NCBI GenBank assembly: GCA_951406725.2
Contig: OX597817.1
Location: 2,046,001 to 2,110,000 of the forward strand
Length of the DNA: 64,000 nt
Origin: Octopus vulgaris
Taxonomy: Eukaryota
Direction of reading: 5' to 3'
Below, one piece after another: positions 41,431 to 53,120 of the stretch. Position numbers and translations under genes: made by a program. Position 1 is the first letter of the stretch. Every line of letters starts with the position of its first letter. Below the pieces are notes generated by a model, which saw only the letters and a program-made list of their open reading frames with translations, was not told where the DNA came from and did not search any database.

Positions 41431-41597
41431 ATAAAATTTTTTAATTAGTTGAACACTAACCGCAAGGGGGGGAATTTGCGCTGAATTGTCTAGCGCTGAA
41501 TTGTCGCGTCACGATGCAAAAACCCACCCAAAGACAGAGAGAGTGAGAGAGAGAGCAAAGTGAGTGTAGGTGTAGACAAGTATATACTGAAGTGCAC

Positions 41598-41635
<38 letters not shown>

Positions 41636-41754
41636 TGTTTCATTGGGGATGTCATATTTATTTGTGCAAGTATGTTGCATGTTCTCCTATTTCTATGCAC
41701 AGGCGCGAGTGATTTTGTGTGTGCGTGTGTGTGTGAGTGCGTACGCGTGCGAGA

Positions 41755-41797
<43 letters not shown>

Positions 41798-42322
41798 TGA
41801 TACGAAAATGCACATGCAGTTAATATATCTTCGTTGATTTCGACAATATGTATCCTGTTGTTCGATAAATTTCAACGACCTGCTTATCGAATTATAGTGT
41901 AAGTTTCCCCAAAACACGTATACTTTCGATATAATCCTTTTATGTGAAAGTGTGTGACAGTTGTGACAGAGTGTGATAAGGCCATGGTTTTAAATTACTG
42001 GCACACTCTATCAGATGGGTTTTCGCATAATTTCTAACCATCCAATTTAATTCACAAGACAAGAGACCATACAAGACTATGGTAAAAAAAAAGACATGCC
42101 GCGTAATGGAATCGAACGTATGGTTTCGGGATTGAGAAACGATCTTATCCATTTTTGGCTATATCGCTTTCTCATTTATATATTTGAAAGGGGAGAAAAT
42201 GACTTCACTGGTAATTCTAGTCAATTTTTTAATAATATAATTTTACAGTTTAGTTTGTAGATCTAGTCGTATATACATACATATGCATACCCACACATAC
42301 ACCTATATATACATACATGTGT

Positions 42323-42359
<37 letters not shown>

Positions 42360-42486
42360 CATACACGCACATATATATATATATATATGTGGGATGTTAG
42401 TATATATATATATATATATATACATACACACACATATATATATATGTGGGATGTTAGTATATATATATATATATATATATATACAT

Positions 42487-42517
<31 letters not shown>

Positions 42518-42520
42518 CAT

Positions 42521-42547
<27 letters not shown>

Positions 42548-42551
<4 letters not shown>

Positions 42552-43870
42552 CTAACATCCCACACGACTTAGGAATTGAAGCTGTTGACTTCTGGATCAC
42601 AAAACACCCAGATTCCATTTCAGGGAGATTCCCGAAAGAGTTTATTTTGGGAGGGTTCAAATTAACATTGGAGAACAACCACTTCCTCTTTGATAACCAA
42701 CTGTATTTACAAATAAAAGGAACGGCCATAACCTCCAAAGTACCCCCAATATATGCAGCACTCGGTATGGGTTACCTAGAGTCAAAACTATATTCCCAGC
42801 TGCAGGAAACCTTCAGTCACGACTTCTCTACCTACATTAATAACATCTGGAAACGTTACCCAGAGGATTGCTTCATCTTCTGAGATAGAAGCCAAGAAGA
42901 TCTGTAAAGATTCCATTCCATCATAAACAGGCTTCACGATGCAATGTAATTTACCATGGAATGTAATAGAAAGGGACTACCGTTTCTGGATATCCCTATC
43001 TTTAAAAAAGGGGAAAATATCGAATCTGACCTATTTTACAAACCAACAGACACACACCAATGCTTAAATTTCCAATCAGCAAACCCTTCATATACCAAAA
43101 GGAACATTTCCTTTAACATATCAAGACGCATCTGCACCATAGTAACACACCCCACACTACAGGGAAAAAAAGATTATAAGAACTAAAATGGTTCTTTAAA
43201 AAACAAGAATATCCGGTGAACCTCATCAATACGGCCATCTCCAAGGCCCAGAGCATTCCAGTGACAACCCTGAGAGAAACAACTCAACAAAACAAGGAAA
43301 AAAACCCAGTAATCGTCACTCATAACCAACCAAGGAACTTCAACATTGTGAAAGCCGCCAAACAATATTTTCCAAATTCTCCAGCAATCCCCCAAAATGA
43401 ATGCACTCATAAAAGATTCACAAATAATCACCCAACCTAGAAAAGCTGTTCACCAAGGCGAAATTTACATCTAACTTTGAAACAATGTAAAGTAAGAGGT
43501 GCGGAAACCCTCGATGCGGAACTTGTGAATATAATGAAGTTCCTTTAAAAAAAGTGATATTTTCAAAGTTATTGCAAACATGAATTGCAAAACAATAAAC
43601 TTAATTTACTATGCAACTTGCTTACAATGTAAAGAATACCAGATTGGTGAAACCGGAACGGGATTACATAACGTAGTTGGTGTACATAAGAAACAAATTA
43701 GAGACTCCTCAGTCAGAAACGCCACCTGAAGTGAACAATTCGCAACATACGGAATCGGAAAATTCCCAATCTTCCTCTTCTTTAAGTTATGATGGGACAA
43801 CAAACATTTCCGGAAATATAAAGAATTCTTCACACTACTGAATAAAAAAAAATTCAAAAATTCTACTCCC
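42548..43870 (+). mobile_element. Decayed Penelope-like element (RT, Cys-rich linker, GIY-YIG endonuclease; Neptune-like)
   Basis: Motifs YTNIPH, NNHFLFDNQLYLQIKGTA, WKRYPED (RYxDD), LPFLDI, YKPTDTHQCL, CGNPRCGTC and NLIYYATCLQCKEYQIGETG, with multiple stops and frameshifts. Confidence 0.85.
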
Positions 43871-44191
43871 CCACCCCAATAACGGGATTCTCTTTTTGCT
43901 TTAAAATAATGATGCATATATCCAAATAGAAGTGGATCGCACACGCACACTTTCAATCATTCGGTCATTGGAGAGAACAACCCTCGAAGGTACACTACCA
44001 TTTTAATCTCCCCCCCAATATATACGTGAACTTAAATACTTGAGTAGTGTAGATGTATATACATATGTAAGTGTCTGTATGCATGTGTATGTAGGTATAT
44101 ATACATATACAGGTGTGAATGCATGTATAAATAGATCGATACGTATGAACTAGAATATATATGTATGTGTGCATGCTTGTGTGTATATATA

Positions 44192-45428
44192 CATAGGTTC
44201 TTCCCATAAGTAATGCGTTTTTATCAGTTGCACGAACTAAAAGTCGGAGGTTGACGGGACAAACTACCTGCATCAACTTGCTATGAAAGCAAGTAGTAAT
44301 TTTACCCTGTGCTTGTTCTTAGTGTAAGGTTTGAAGAGTGCAGTTCGATTTTGACAGTTATTTTTTCAAAGCTATAATGGAAATAAAGGAGCATATTCGG
44401 CATATTTTGCTTCTTGAGTTCAATAAAGGTAACAATGCAACGGAGGAATATAGTACTAGGAATATTAATGCATTATATGGGTATCAGAAATAAGCGTAAG
44501 CCAGTGTCAACGGTAGTTCCAGAAATTCCGAGCCGGAAACTACAGCCTAGAAGACAAGCCTTGTCGTGGAAGATCTGTAGAGCTTGACGAGGATATCCTG
44601 CAAACCCTGGTGGAGCAAAATCCCATCGTAACAGTTGAGGAACTGACAGTGAAGTTTGGATTTGGTCATTCAACCATTCATCGACACCTGCGGGGCCATC
44701 GGAGAAGTCAGCAAATTAGGTCAATGTGTTCCTTAAAAACTTTCCGAGTATAATCGCGTGCAGAGAATGAATGTGTGCACTTGTTTGCTGTCATGTCTAA
44801 CGAATGAATAATTTTGGAACGAACAGTGACTGGTAACGAGAAATGGGTTCTCAATAAAAATGTCAAGCACTGAAGACAGTGGCTAAAGAAGGTCTTCATT
44901 CACATAACGTGTTGTTATCTGTTTGGTGAGATATGAAAGGTTTAGTCTATTTTGAACCTTTAAACTCAAACCAAACAATAACAAAGGAGATCTGCTGCGA
45001 GTAGCTTGAGCGGCTTAAGTCAGCGCTAGAAGAAAAAACGACCATCTTTGTTTTCAAGATGACAGGTGTTCTTCCATCAGGATGGTGTTCGGCTACATAC
45101 AGTGACGATGGCATTTCAAAGGCTGGAGCAGTTTGAATGAGAAACGATGCCCCACCCACCATATTCGCCGGACATTGTCCAATCTGATTATCATTTATTC
45201 CGCAGTCTTCTAAATCTCTTGGACTGAAAAAATATGAATTCTATAGACGAGGCCAGAACAGTATAGTAGGAGTATTTTTCGTCACGGACAAGTGAATTTT
45301 GCAAAAGGGGACCTTGAAAGACTACCAGATAGATGGAAGAGCATTGTAGAAAATGAAGGAGAGTATATTTATCTTAATTTTGAAAAATAAAAGTATAAAA
45401 AATCGCATTATTTAGGGATGACCATAGA
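44192..45428 (+). mobile_element. Near full-length decayed mariner transposon
   Basis: Imperfect TIRs (ggttcttcccataagtaatgcg / cgcattatttagggatgacc). Transposase remnants KEHIRHILLLEFNKG, VTGNEKWV, FHQDG and PHPPYSPDIVQSDYHLFRSL. Confidence 0.9.
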
Positions 45429-45444
45429 TATTTATATATGTGTA

Positions 45445-45492
<48 letters not shown>

Positions 45493-45499
45493 ATACACA

Positions 45500-47120
45500 G
45501 TAAAATCAATTAAGATTCAAGTCAATTCTAATGAATTTACTTGAATGCGGTACTTAACTTAGATGCACCAGAAAACTATATGGTGTTAACCATACAGTAA
45601 TGTGGGGTGATTATAAACGAAGAAAGAAGCAACAAGAATGGATTAGTTTTTAGTACAATTGTTTCATACAAAGACAGGCTTTATTAAAAGTTGCAAATAT
45701 ATTGCAGCAGTAAAAGTGTCCCGTACTCATCAGCTAAAACACATATAAGTTCTCCAAACATCTTAGTGGGTGAGGCTATACTCATGAAGTATTGGAGATA
45801 ATTTCATTAAAAGCAGATTTAGGTTGTAAACAGACTTCCGAAGTTCTTTAATGATGATGCACAGTCTTATCACAGGTTTTTAAAAAAACTTATTAGCTTC
45901 ACAGAGAAGGTGAATTAATCCGTAGTGTAGATGTAAATTTCCAGAGATATGAGGAGGAATTTCATACTCACAGACGATGAATTTATCCATGGTTAATCCA
46001 CAATGAGGTGGGTATAATTTCATGCTATATGATAAGGTATTTGTCACATTACTGTTCTCTTCACAAGACTGCTATGTTATGACTTCTAAAGGCTGAAGGA
46101 ATTTTTTGTGGAGCAAAGAAAAGAAAAGAAAGGAAAGAGAAGAAAAGAGACAAGGAAAAGGAAAAAAAAGAAAAAGAAAAAGAAAAAAGAAAAAGGAAAA
46201 GAAAAAAGAAAAAAGGGGAGAAGAAAAGAAAAAAGAAAAAGAAAAAGAAAAAAAGAAAAAGGGAAAGAAGGGAGAAAAGAAAAAACGCCCACATAGAGTA
46301 TACTGTGACAACTGAGAGGGAAAAGGGGTCGCAGGTGACCAACTACACAGAAGAATTTGTAGACGGCCTGGCTGGCTTCAAAATTTGCAGGAATCGAAGA
46401 ACTACAAGGAGAAAATTATTTTTGACCAATAAACAGCTATTTATTGCCAACCTGGCGTAGCTGAAAGCAGATATGAGAATCTAAAAAGATAACAAGGTCA
46501 GGGATAGAGGGGTCAAAGGCTATCATCAAAAGGAAATACATTAAGAGAAAAAAATAAGTGCAATCCTAACAAGAGGTCATTTAAATTTATTTATTTATTT
46601 ATTACTGTTACTGTCTTAAATTGTTGCCGTTACTATCTATACATTGACAGACTACAGGTCAATAGTTTACAAGGTGTGAGGGAATTGCCTATTATACTGA
46701 AATTTCTCATACTACTTTCAAGGGAGTAGCATTACTTATTTAATTTTGTAATAGAATTATGAAGCCTTAGTAACTTATTTTATTAAAGTTGTGTTACCTA
46801 AATTAGATTAAATTAAATTAAAAATTAAAAATTTAATTTTAAAATTAAATAAAACTTCATTTAAGCAACGTACAATTACTATTTGTTTCCTTGTGCTCAA
46901 AATCAGGTGCAGTTACAAAGAAAAAGATAACTGTAGTGTGAGAGTTCGCAGTTATCTACTTAAAAAATTAAAGTTATGCTATACTAGTAAAAACCAGTTA
47001 TATCTATCTATCTATCTTGTTACGAATTATTCTGCTGCAATATTTGCAACTTTTAATAAAGCCTGTCTTTGTATGAAACAATTGTACTAAAAACTAATCC
47101 ATTCTTGTTGCTTCTTTCTC

Positions 47121-47122
<2 letters not shown>
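45500..47122 (-). mobile_element. PLE-derived element with inverted partial pLTR
   Basis: 47031-47122 is the reverse complement of ~45618-45710. The longer arm contains a complete hammerhead. A purine tract lies at 46110-46285. Boundaries are approximate. Confidence 0.6.
45648..45739 (-). ncRNA. Type I hammerhead ribozyme motif with intact core
   Basis: UUUUAG-CUGAUGA-GUACGGGACA[loop]UGUCUUUGUAU-GAAA-CAAUUG-UA-CUAAAA. It has a 6-bp stem I, the conserved core, an extended stem II, a palindromic stem III (ACAAUUGU) and a GUA cleavage triplet. Confidence 0.8.
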
Positions 47123-47155
<33 letters not shown>

Positions 47156-47392
47156 GTATGTATATATACATGTATATATGTGTATGTGTATGTATATATG
47201 TATGTACATATAGGTGTATGTGTGTATGCATATGTGCGTACATATGACTAGATCTACAAACCAAACTGTAAAATTATATTAGAAAATTAAATTGATTGGA
47301 ACAACCAGTGAAGTCGTTCTTTTCCTTTTTCAAATATACTTAACTGTACCAAGGATTTCACACAGACACACACACACGCAAACAAGCATACC

Positions 47393-47454
<62 letters not shown>

Positions 47455-47525
47455 GTGACATTCGAAACTCCGAGTTCTATAATGACAACTTACTGTTTGT
47501 TCTAAATTATAACACATATATATAT

Positions 47526-47565
<40 letters not shown>

Positions 47566-47581
47566 GCATACATATATAAAC

Positions 47582-47673
<92 letters not shown>

Positions 47674-47811
47674 CTACTTTCTTATTCTTCAAACAACCAA
47701 AATGACGAGACCCCTCTGTCACGAGAACTGATTTCTGTACAATGTCTCTTGAAAAGCTAATTTAAATAGCTAAAACCGGTTGGATTTCACGACATCCATA
47801 TATGTTCGTAT

Positions 47812-47954
47812 AATTATTTACATTATTTACATTTGACTGATATTTGTCCTCATCTTGTTTTGGCATATGGCGTAGTGGTTAAGAGCGCGGGTTACTAACC
47901 CCAAGATTCCGAGTTCAATTCCAAGCAGTCACCTGAATGATAATAATAATAATT

Positions 47955-47985
<31 letters not shown>

Positions 47986-48163
47986 TAATAACATCAAAAA
48001 ATATCTTAGGAATGAGAACCCAGGTTCAAAATTTCCCCAAGACACCCGATGAAGGCTGGAGGGTATATCAACCGAAGCGTTGTGTTAACAGCAAAGAAGA
48101 TGAAGGCAAATATCCGTCAAATGTAAATAATGTACAAAATTCCTCATCTCTTAAATATAGAAC
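47812..48163 (+). mobile_element. tRNA-headed, hammerhead-tailed retroelement with inverted 5' arm (copy 1)
   Basis: Inverted arm 47812-47860; A box tggcgtagtgg and B box gagttcaattcc (47862-47933); (AAT)n; mutated hammerhead 48041-48086; tail to 48163. Homologous to 51692-52008. Confidence 0.75.
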
Positions 48164-48318
48164 TGTATTCGTATGTTTTCGATTTATGTGTCAGTGTGCA
48201 TGTGTACAGGTATGTTGCGTTTTATATACGTACAGACTTCTACACATACAAAGACATGTTTCTATATTCAAACTCATTAATGTCTCTTCTAATATACCCG
48301 TTTCTATTTTATTTGCAG

Positions 48319-48626
48319 CGGAGAATAATGAAATACCATTCGATGGTTGGTGGCTACCACCAAGCGTAACCACAAAAATGAATGTAGAAACAATAGAGTT
48401 CTCTTTTGCCCTTGGAGGATTTTTATTGCTAATCATTTTAGTACTTTTATGTAAATGTTTCATGTTCCATCGTCACAGGAAACAATCATCTTCGCCACCT
48501 GCTGAACCTAGTCACGATATCAACTCAGTTCCTGTAGTTATACCATCATTCAGTATTTCCATTATATCGAAACCGACTTTGGAGACAGTAGAAAATGGGG
48601 AAAAGTACTACTTGGCAGCAGCTTGA
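48319..48626 (+). CDS. Terminal coding exon of a single-pass type I membrane protein (stalk, TM helix, cytoplasmic tail)
   Basis: Acceptor tttctattttatttgcAG, phase 1, open for ~101 codons to TGA. The hydrophobic stretch FSFALGGFLLLIILVLLCKCFMF is followed by basic HRHRK. Non-repetitive sequence. Confidence 0.7.
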
Positions 48627-50480
48627 AAAAACAATGCTTTACTGAAAGAGGAAAACGAAACAAATTGAAACGATAGCACTACGGGTCAATCAGCAATAAA
48701 CAGCTGCCAAATTTACTTTTGCTGACCATGGTGCCACAATTCAAAAGGAAATGAGAGAATACGAATTGACACTGCAAAAGCCAAATCTTTTAAACTTTAT
48801 ATATGAGTTATGAAAAGACTAATTTTACGGGTTTACAATATTCTTAGACTTAACCTTAACTAACACTCTAATTCTAGTTCTAATGTTAACCCATATTCAT
48901 AAAGACCTCATTGTGGAAGGCATTCATCTAGCGGTCAATACCAAAGAGAGGGCTGACTTCAACGGGTGATCGACTGTTGCACACCAAATATAACACTCAA
49001 ACCTAATCGGTTATAGCTAAAATGCCAAAACTGTTCAAAATATTTGAGGTTCATTACTTGGTCAGCTCCGCGTTGTTTAATCCAGGCCTGCGGAGGAACC
49101 TGACTTTAGTATATTTAGGAAACTGAAAACACTCGTTGAATGTACAATGTACCACTGCTTACAACGGTGAGTAGTGCTTGATTCATGTTAATTGTAAATA
49201 CAGCTCTGTAAATTGAACTATTGTGAATTTTAATTAGTGAATCTACAAGGGTGTCAGGTGACTAAGTGAAAATTGTAAATTGTCGGTATCTTCTCACCGA
49301 CATCATAGTATGTCAATGGTTTTCTGAAGATACCGCAATATAAAATGGTTTAGTGCAGTAAGCACTACAGAACTGTAAAAGTCGATGAGCATCTAATTAA
49401 CTTGTGCTGTGTTCAAAGCCTCTCATGAGGGTTAAGGTTTTATTGGTTCCATCTCGAAATCAGTCAGATTTCATCAAGAACATTCATGCAACTTAATCGT
49501 TCATCTGACAAATGATGCGTTAAATCACCTGATTACTCTATATTGTAACATTCAATTTACCAAATAAATATTAAAATTCTTAATATTAAATAAATTCCTG
49601 TCATATAATGAAAAGCGGATTCTAACATTACAGGTGGAGCCTTCCTTTGGACAAGTGTTAAATAGTTGTACATTTAAATGCACCGTATGTGCTTCATTTC
49701 CTAAACCCACCCCACGAGAAAGAACCCTGTCTGTGATGTAAGAATATAATTTTATACACGTTCCGTAATTTTTTTTATTTCTCAGGAGAAGGCCTCTTCC
49801 AAAAATGTTACAATTCTCTTCTCTTGATTGTATGCAGAACTCATTAAATGACATTTAATATAAATATTACGAATTTGATTGACTGTTTTGCTGACACCAA
49901 CCCTGAATACTTTCTTTGTATCATAGTTTTATACATATATCTATATATATATATTTTTACAAGAAAATTATATAACTCAGATATTGTCCAGTTTCTATAT
50001 TGTCTTATTGTTTTACTTGTCTGAGTATCGATGCTGATGTTTCACAAAATATTGAAGGTAGGATATCCAAATATTTTACCGATAATTACTAAGCAACATA
50101 TCAAAAAATAGAACCAAAAGGAATTTGTGTTTTTCGAAACTTGTAAATTTGTTATATTATTTAAATGTTTACTGAGCGAGCTACGAATTGTAGGATAACA
50201 ATAACATCGTTTACAGAGAAAACAAAACGTAATGGAAGTAGATTTACGTGTATCGAAACCATAGATTCTGGTATGAGTAGCTTTGAGTTAATAGTGCAAA
50301 AATACACACACTTGCAAAGAAAAAAATTGTCTTGACTTTTTGGTTGAGTCAAAAAATTATTTTAGCATAAAACTGAATGGGAAGGATGGTGCACAGTGGA
50401 ATTATCCCTTCGTATTATATTTTGTTGTACTTACAATATTTTAACCTGTGGTAAAATAAATGGTTTTAATACAAGGATAT
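48627..50480 (+). other. Probable 3' UTR with a distal poly(A) signal
   Basis: About 1.9 kb almost free of SINEs and long microsatellites, unlike the rest of the window. AATAAA at 50455-50460 is followed by a T/GT-rich tract. Earlier AATAAA sites also exist. Confidence 0.45.
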
Positions 50481-51045
50481 TAACATTTTTTGTTGTTATT
50501 TTTCTTGAAGTTAATTGATGTTATAGACCCGGTAATTTAGAGTATTTATTTTATCAAACTCTATTTGTCTAAAGCTTAAGACCACCTAAAGGTTTTAACT
50601 TGACAGAGTAAATAACACTCCATTTTGTCTGTCAAATAACGTACCACTTGCCGAATATACATATACATATAAAAAGAAATTCATAGTTATCACTCTGAAG
50701 CCTGTATGGTAGCATGAACCAGGCTTTCGTTAACTGCTTTAGTCACGAACAAATACAGCCACTCTTACAACCATCACATTCTTCATTATCAAACATGTGA
50801 CAACTAGAAAGAGTGAGAGCTGCAACAGCACCTGAATCGTACTTATTTTGAGGTACATTGCCTAGACCAGCCTAAAAATGAAATAAAGTACTCAGCTCAA
50901 GGACAAAATGCTCGACCGGTTCAGTAATCAAACCCAAGACCGTATGATCGCGTGCGCTACACCATAGCCATTCGGTTACACGCCTTCACACGCATTCGCA
51001 CGCACGTGCACACACATACACACACGCACACACACACACACACAC

Positions 51046-53120
51046 TGTTAGGGATAAGACGACTAACAGATTTTCAGCATGTGACTATGGCGTTCAACCG
51101 GTCGCGTCTTTGCAGTCGGTCTCCCTTCCACGTGTCTGCTTTCGCCCGAGTTTCTTGTCTGACAGACACTTTGTGTTGTCGATTGTTATTATATAAAACG
51201 AGTTATTTCTTCTTCGCTGGTGTCTAATGGGTTATATTTTTTATCGTCTAGTACTCGTGGCTCAAATTATGATTACAGTCATAGTTACAACAATATCGAC
51301 GAGGATGGGATGATAAAATAGCTATCCTTTTTGAACAAATGGAAGCGCTTCTCCAAGGTCAGCAAAAACACAGTTTAAAATTATTGAATGACTAACCTCA
51401 AAGTTAAATATCAATTCAAACAGTGGCAAAGCTCAGACAGCTTCAAATTCCAGTGGCTGATATTACCTTTGATTCATGGTTTGCACATTTTGGAGATACT
51501 TTTAGCGTTGGGTGCTGGAATATTAAGGATTACTATTAACTAAGCTTTGAACTAATAAACACACTGTGAACTAATAAACAGCTGTAAACTACCGAAGAAT
51601 CTTCGAGGCATCTCTTTCAATGAGAGAGTTGAAATACTTCAGAAGATTTTTGGTGCAAATTCATCTTTGTTTCACGTAAGACACCGCGGTTCTATATTTA
51701 AGAGATGAGGAATTATGTGCATTATTTACATTATTTACATTCGACGAATATTTGTCCTCGTTTGTTGTTAATACAACGTTTCGGCATATGGCGTAGTGGT
51801 TTAGAGCGTGGACTACTAAGCCCAAGACTCCGAGTTCGATTCCAAGCAGTGACCTGAACAACAACAACATCGAAAAATGAGAACCTAGGTTCGAAATTTC
51901 CCCAAGACACCTGAAGAAGGCTGGAGGGCATATCAGCCGAAATGTTGTGTTAACAACAAACAAGATGAGGACAAATATCCGTCGAATACAAATGATATAA
52001 ATAATGTATAAGACACCACGGTTGTTTTAAATTAAAAAATTCCCAAGTCTGGGGAGAGTGATTTTGTCTGCTATAGCAGTTCACAAATGTAAAAGTTTTA
52101 ATTTGAATTCTTTAACAGTTTAAACATTTAATCTTCGTTGCTGGTCTACAATCACCATCGTATGCAGACATTAGTAAACTGTTATCACAATTAATACTAC
52201 GACCAGAAATGACTGTACAGCAAGCCAGAAAAGAGTACCAAAAGTCAATATACTTGAAGTACGGCACGACGATGATTGAAACGAGTGACTAATTATCAAG
52301 TTTAGTGTCAGTAAATCAAGTGAAAACAGATCCCAAGCTATTACCTATTGATAGAAAAGAAATCCCGCTCATTTCCAGCTATGTTGGTTTGCGGTGCTAG
52401 ACATTATGGAAAGTTTTTCCCTCGCAAGCAACACAATTGTCAATAATGCAGTAAGTTCGGTCATATGGAAAGTATTGGCTTTCAGAGGAGGTAAGCAAAA
52501 TGTCTCGTCTCAAGTTTTCGGCTGTTACAAATCAAGAATTCAAGAAATCAAGTTGCTACGATTTATACCAGTTTTAAAATGGATTTTCAAAAATACCACA
52601 AGTATTTAATTGTTTAAATAAATGATCCTCCAGGTTAAATTGCATTTCATATCACATTGATTTCTCGCAAAACTTGGAAGCAACTTGGTTTCCCACATTG
52701 TTGAGACAGAACACGTTTTTAAGAACGCATCAGGTTTAAAACTTATTGGTATGATCAGAGTGTAAAGTACAGTTCGATTCAAATACTTTTAACAGGGCTT
52801 GCTTTTTGACAAATCGATATGACTTAGATTTACTGGGTTTAGATTGGAACACTACACTAGACTTAAGTAGTAAACCGTAGTAAGTAGTAAAGTGTTTGCT
52901 TAAATTCAAACACTTCGAGTGAGTCTATGAACAGTTAATTCCAAGTTGCAACATCCCACTCTTTTACTAATTTACTGAAAGAAATATATTCATCCGTTTT
53001 CAAAGGTTCATTGGGGCGTTGTAAGTTATACAGAGCAAGTTTGTCGCTAAAACCTGATTAAAGCCTGTATTTAGGCCTCGCAAACCAGTCCCATATACAA
53101 TCCAGTCTCAAGTCGACAAA
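51046..53120 (+). mobile_element. Decayed Ty3/gypsy LTR retrotransposon (5' LTR, gag, protease)
   Basis: TGTT...AACA LTR at 51046-51292, then a degraded PBS (tatcgacgag). Remnants ITFDSWF, ISFNERVEILQKIFGANSSLFHVRH, DLLGLDW and PVFRPRKPVPY. Confidence 0.7.
51692..52008 (+). mobile_element. tRNA-headed, hammerhead-tailed retroelement with inverted 5' arm (copy 2), inserted in gypsy gag
   Basis: 15-bp TSD taagacaccRcggtt (51677-51691 / 52009-52023); inverted arm 51692-51785; A and B boxes; hammerhead gacac-CTGAAGA-a-ggctg...cagcc-GAAA-tgtt-gtgtt at 51906-51951. Confidence 0.8.

Noticed and set aside
46106-46315. Lys/Glu-rich or Phe-rich proteins
   Set aside because: This is a low-complexity purine tract with no splice or domain evidence.
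47862-47933. Functional tRNA gene (also 51783-51853 and the SINE heads)
   Set aside because: A and B boxes are present, but the acceptor stem does not pair and the sequence is embedded in a repeat.
47937-48318. N-terminal part of the 229-aa ORF
   Set aside because: It runs through (AAT)n, the hammerhead element and intron-like sequence. Only the part after the acceptor at 48318 looks coding.
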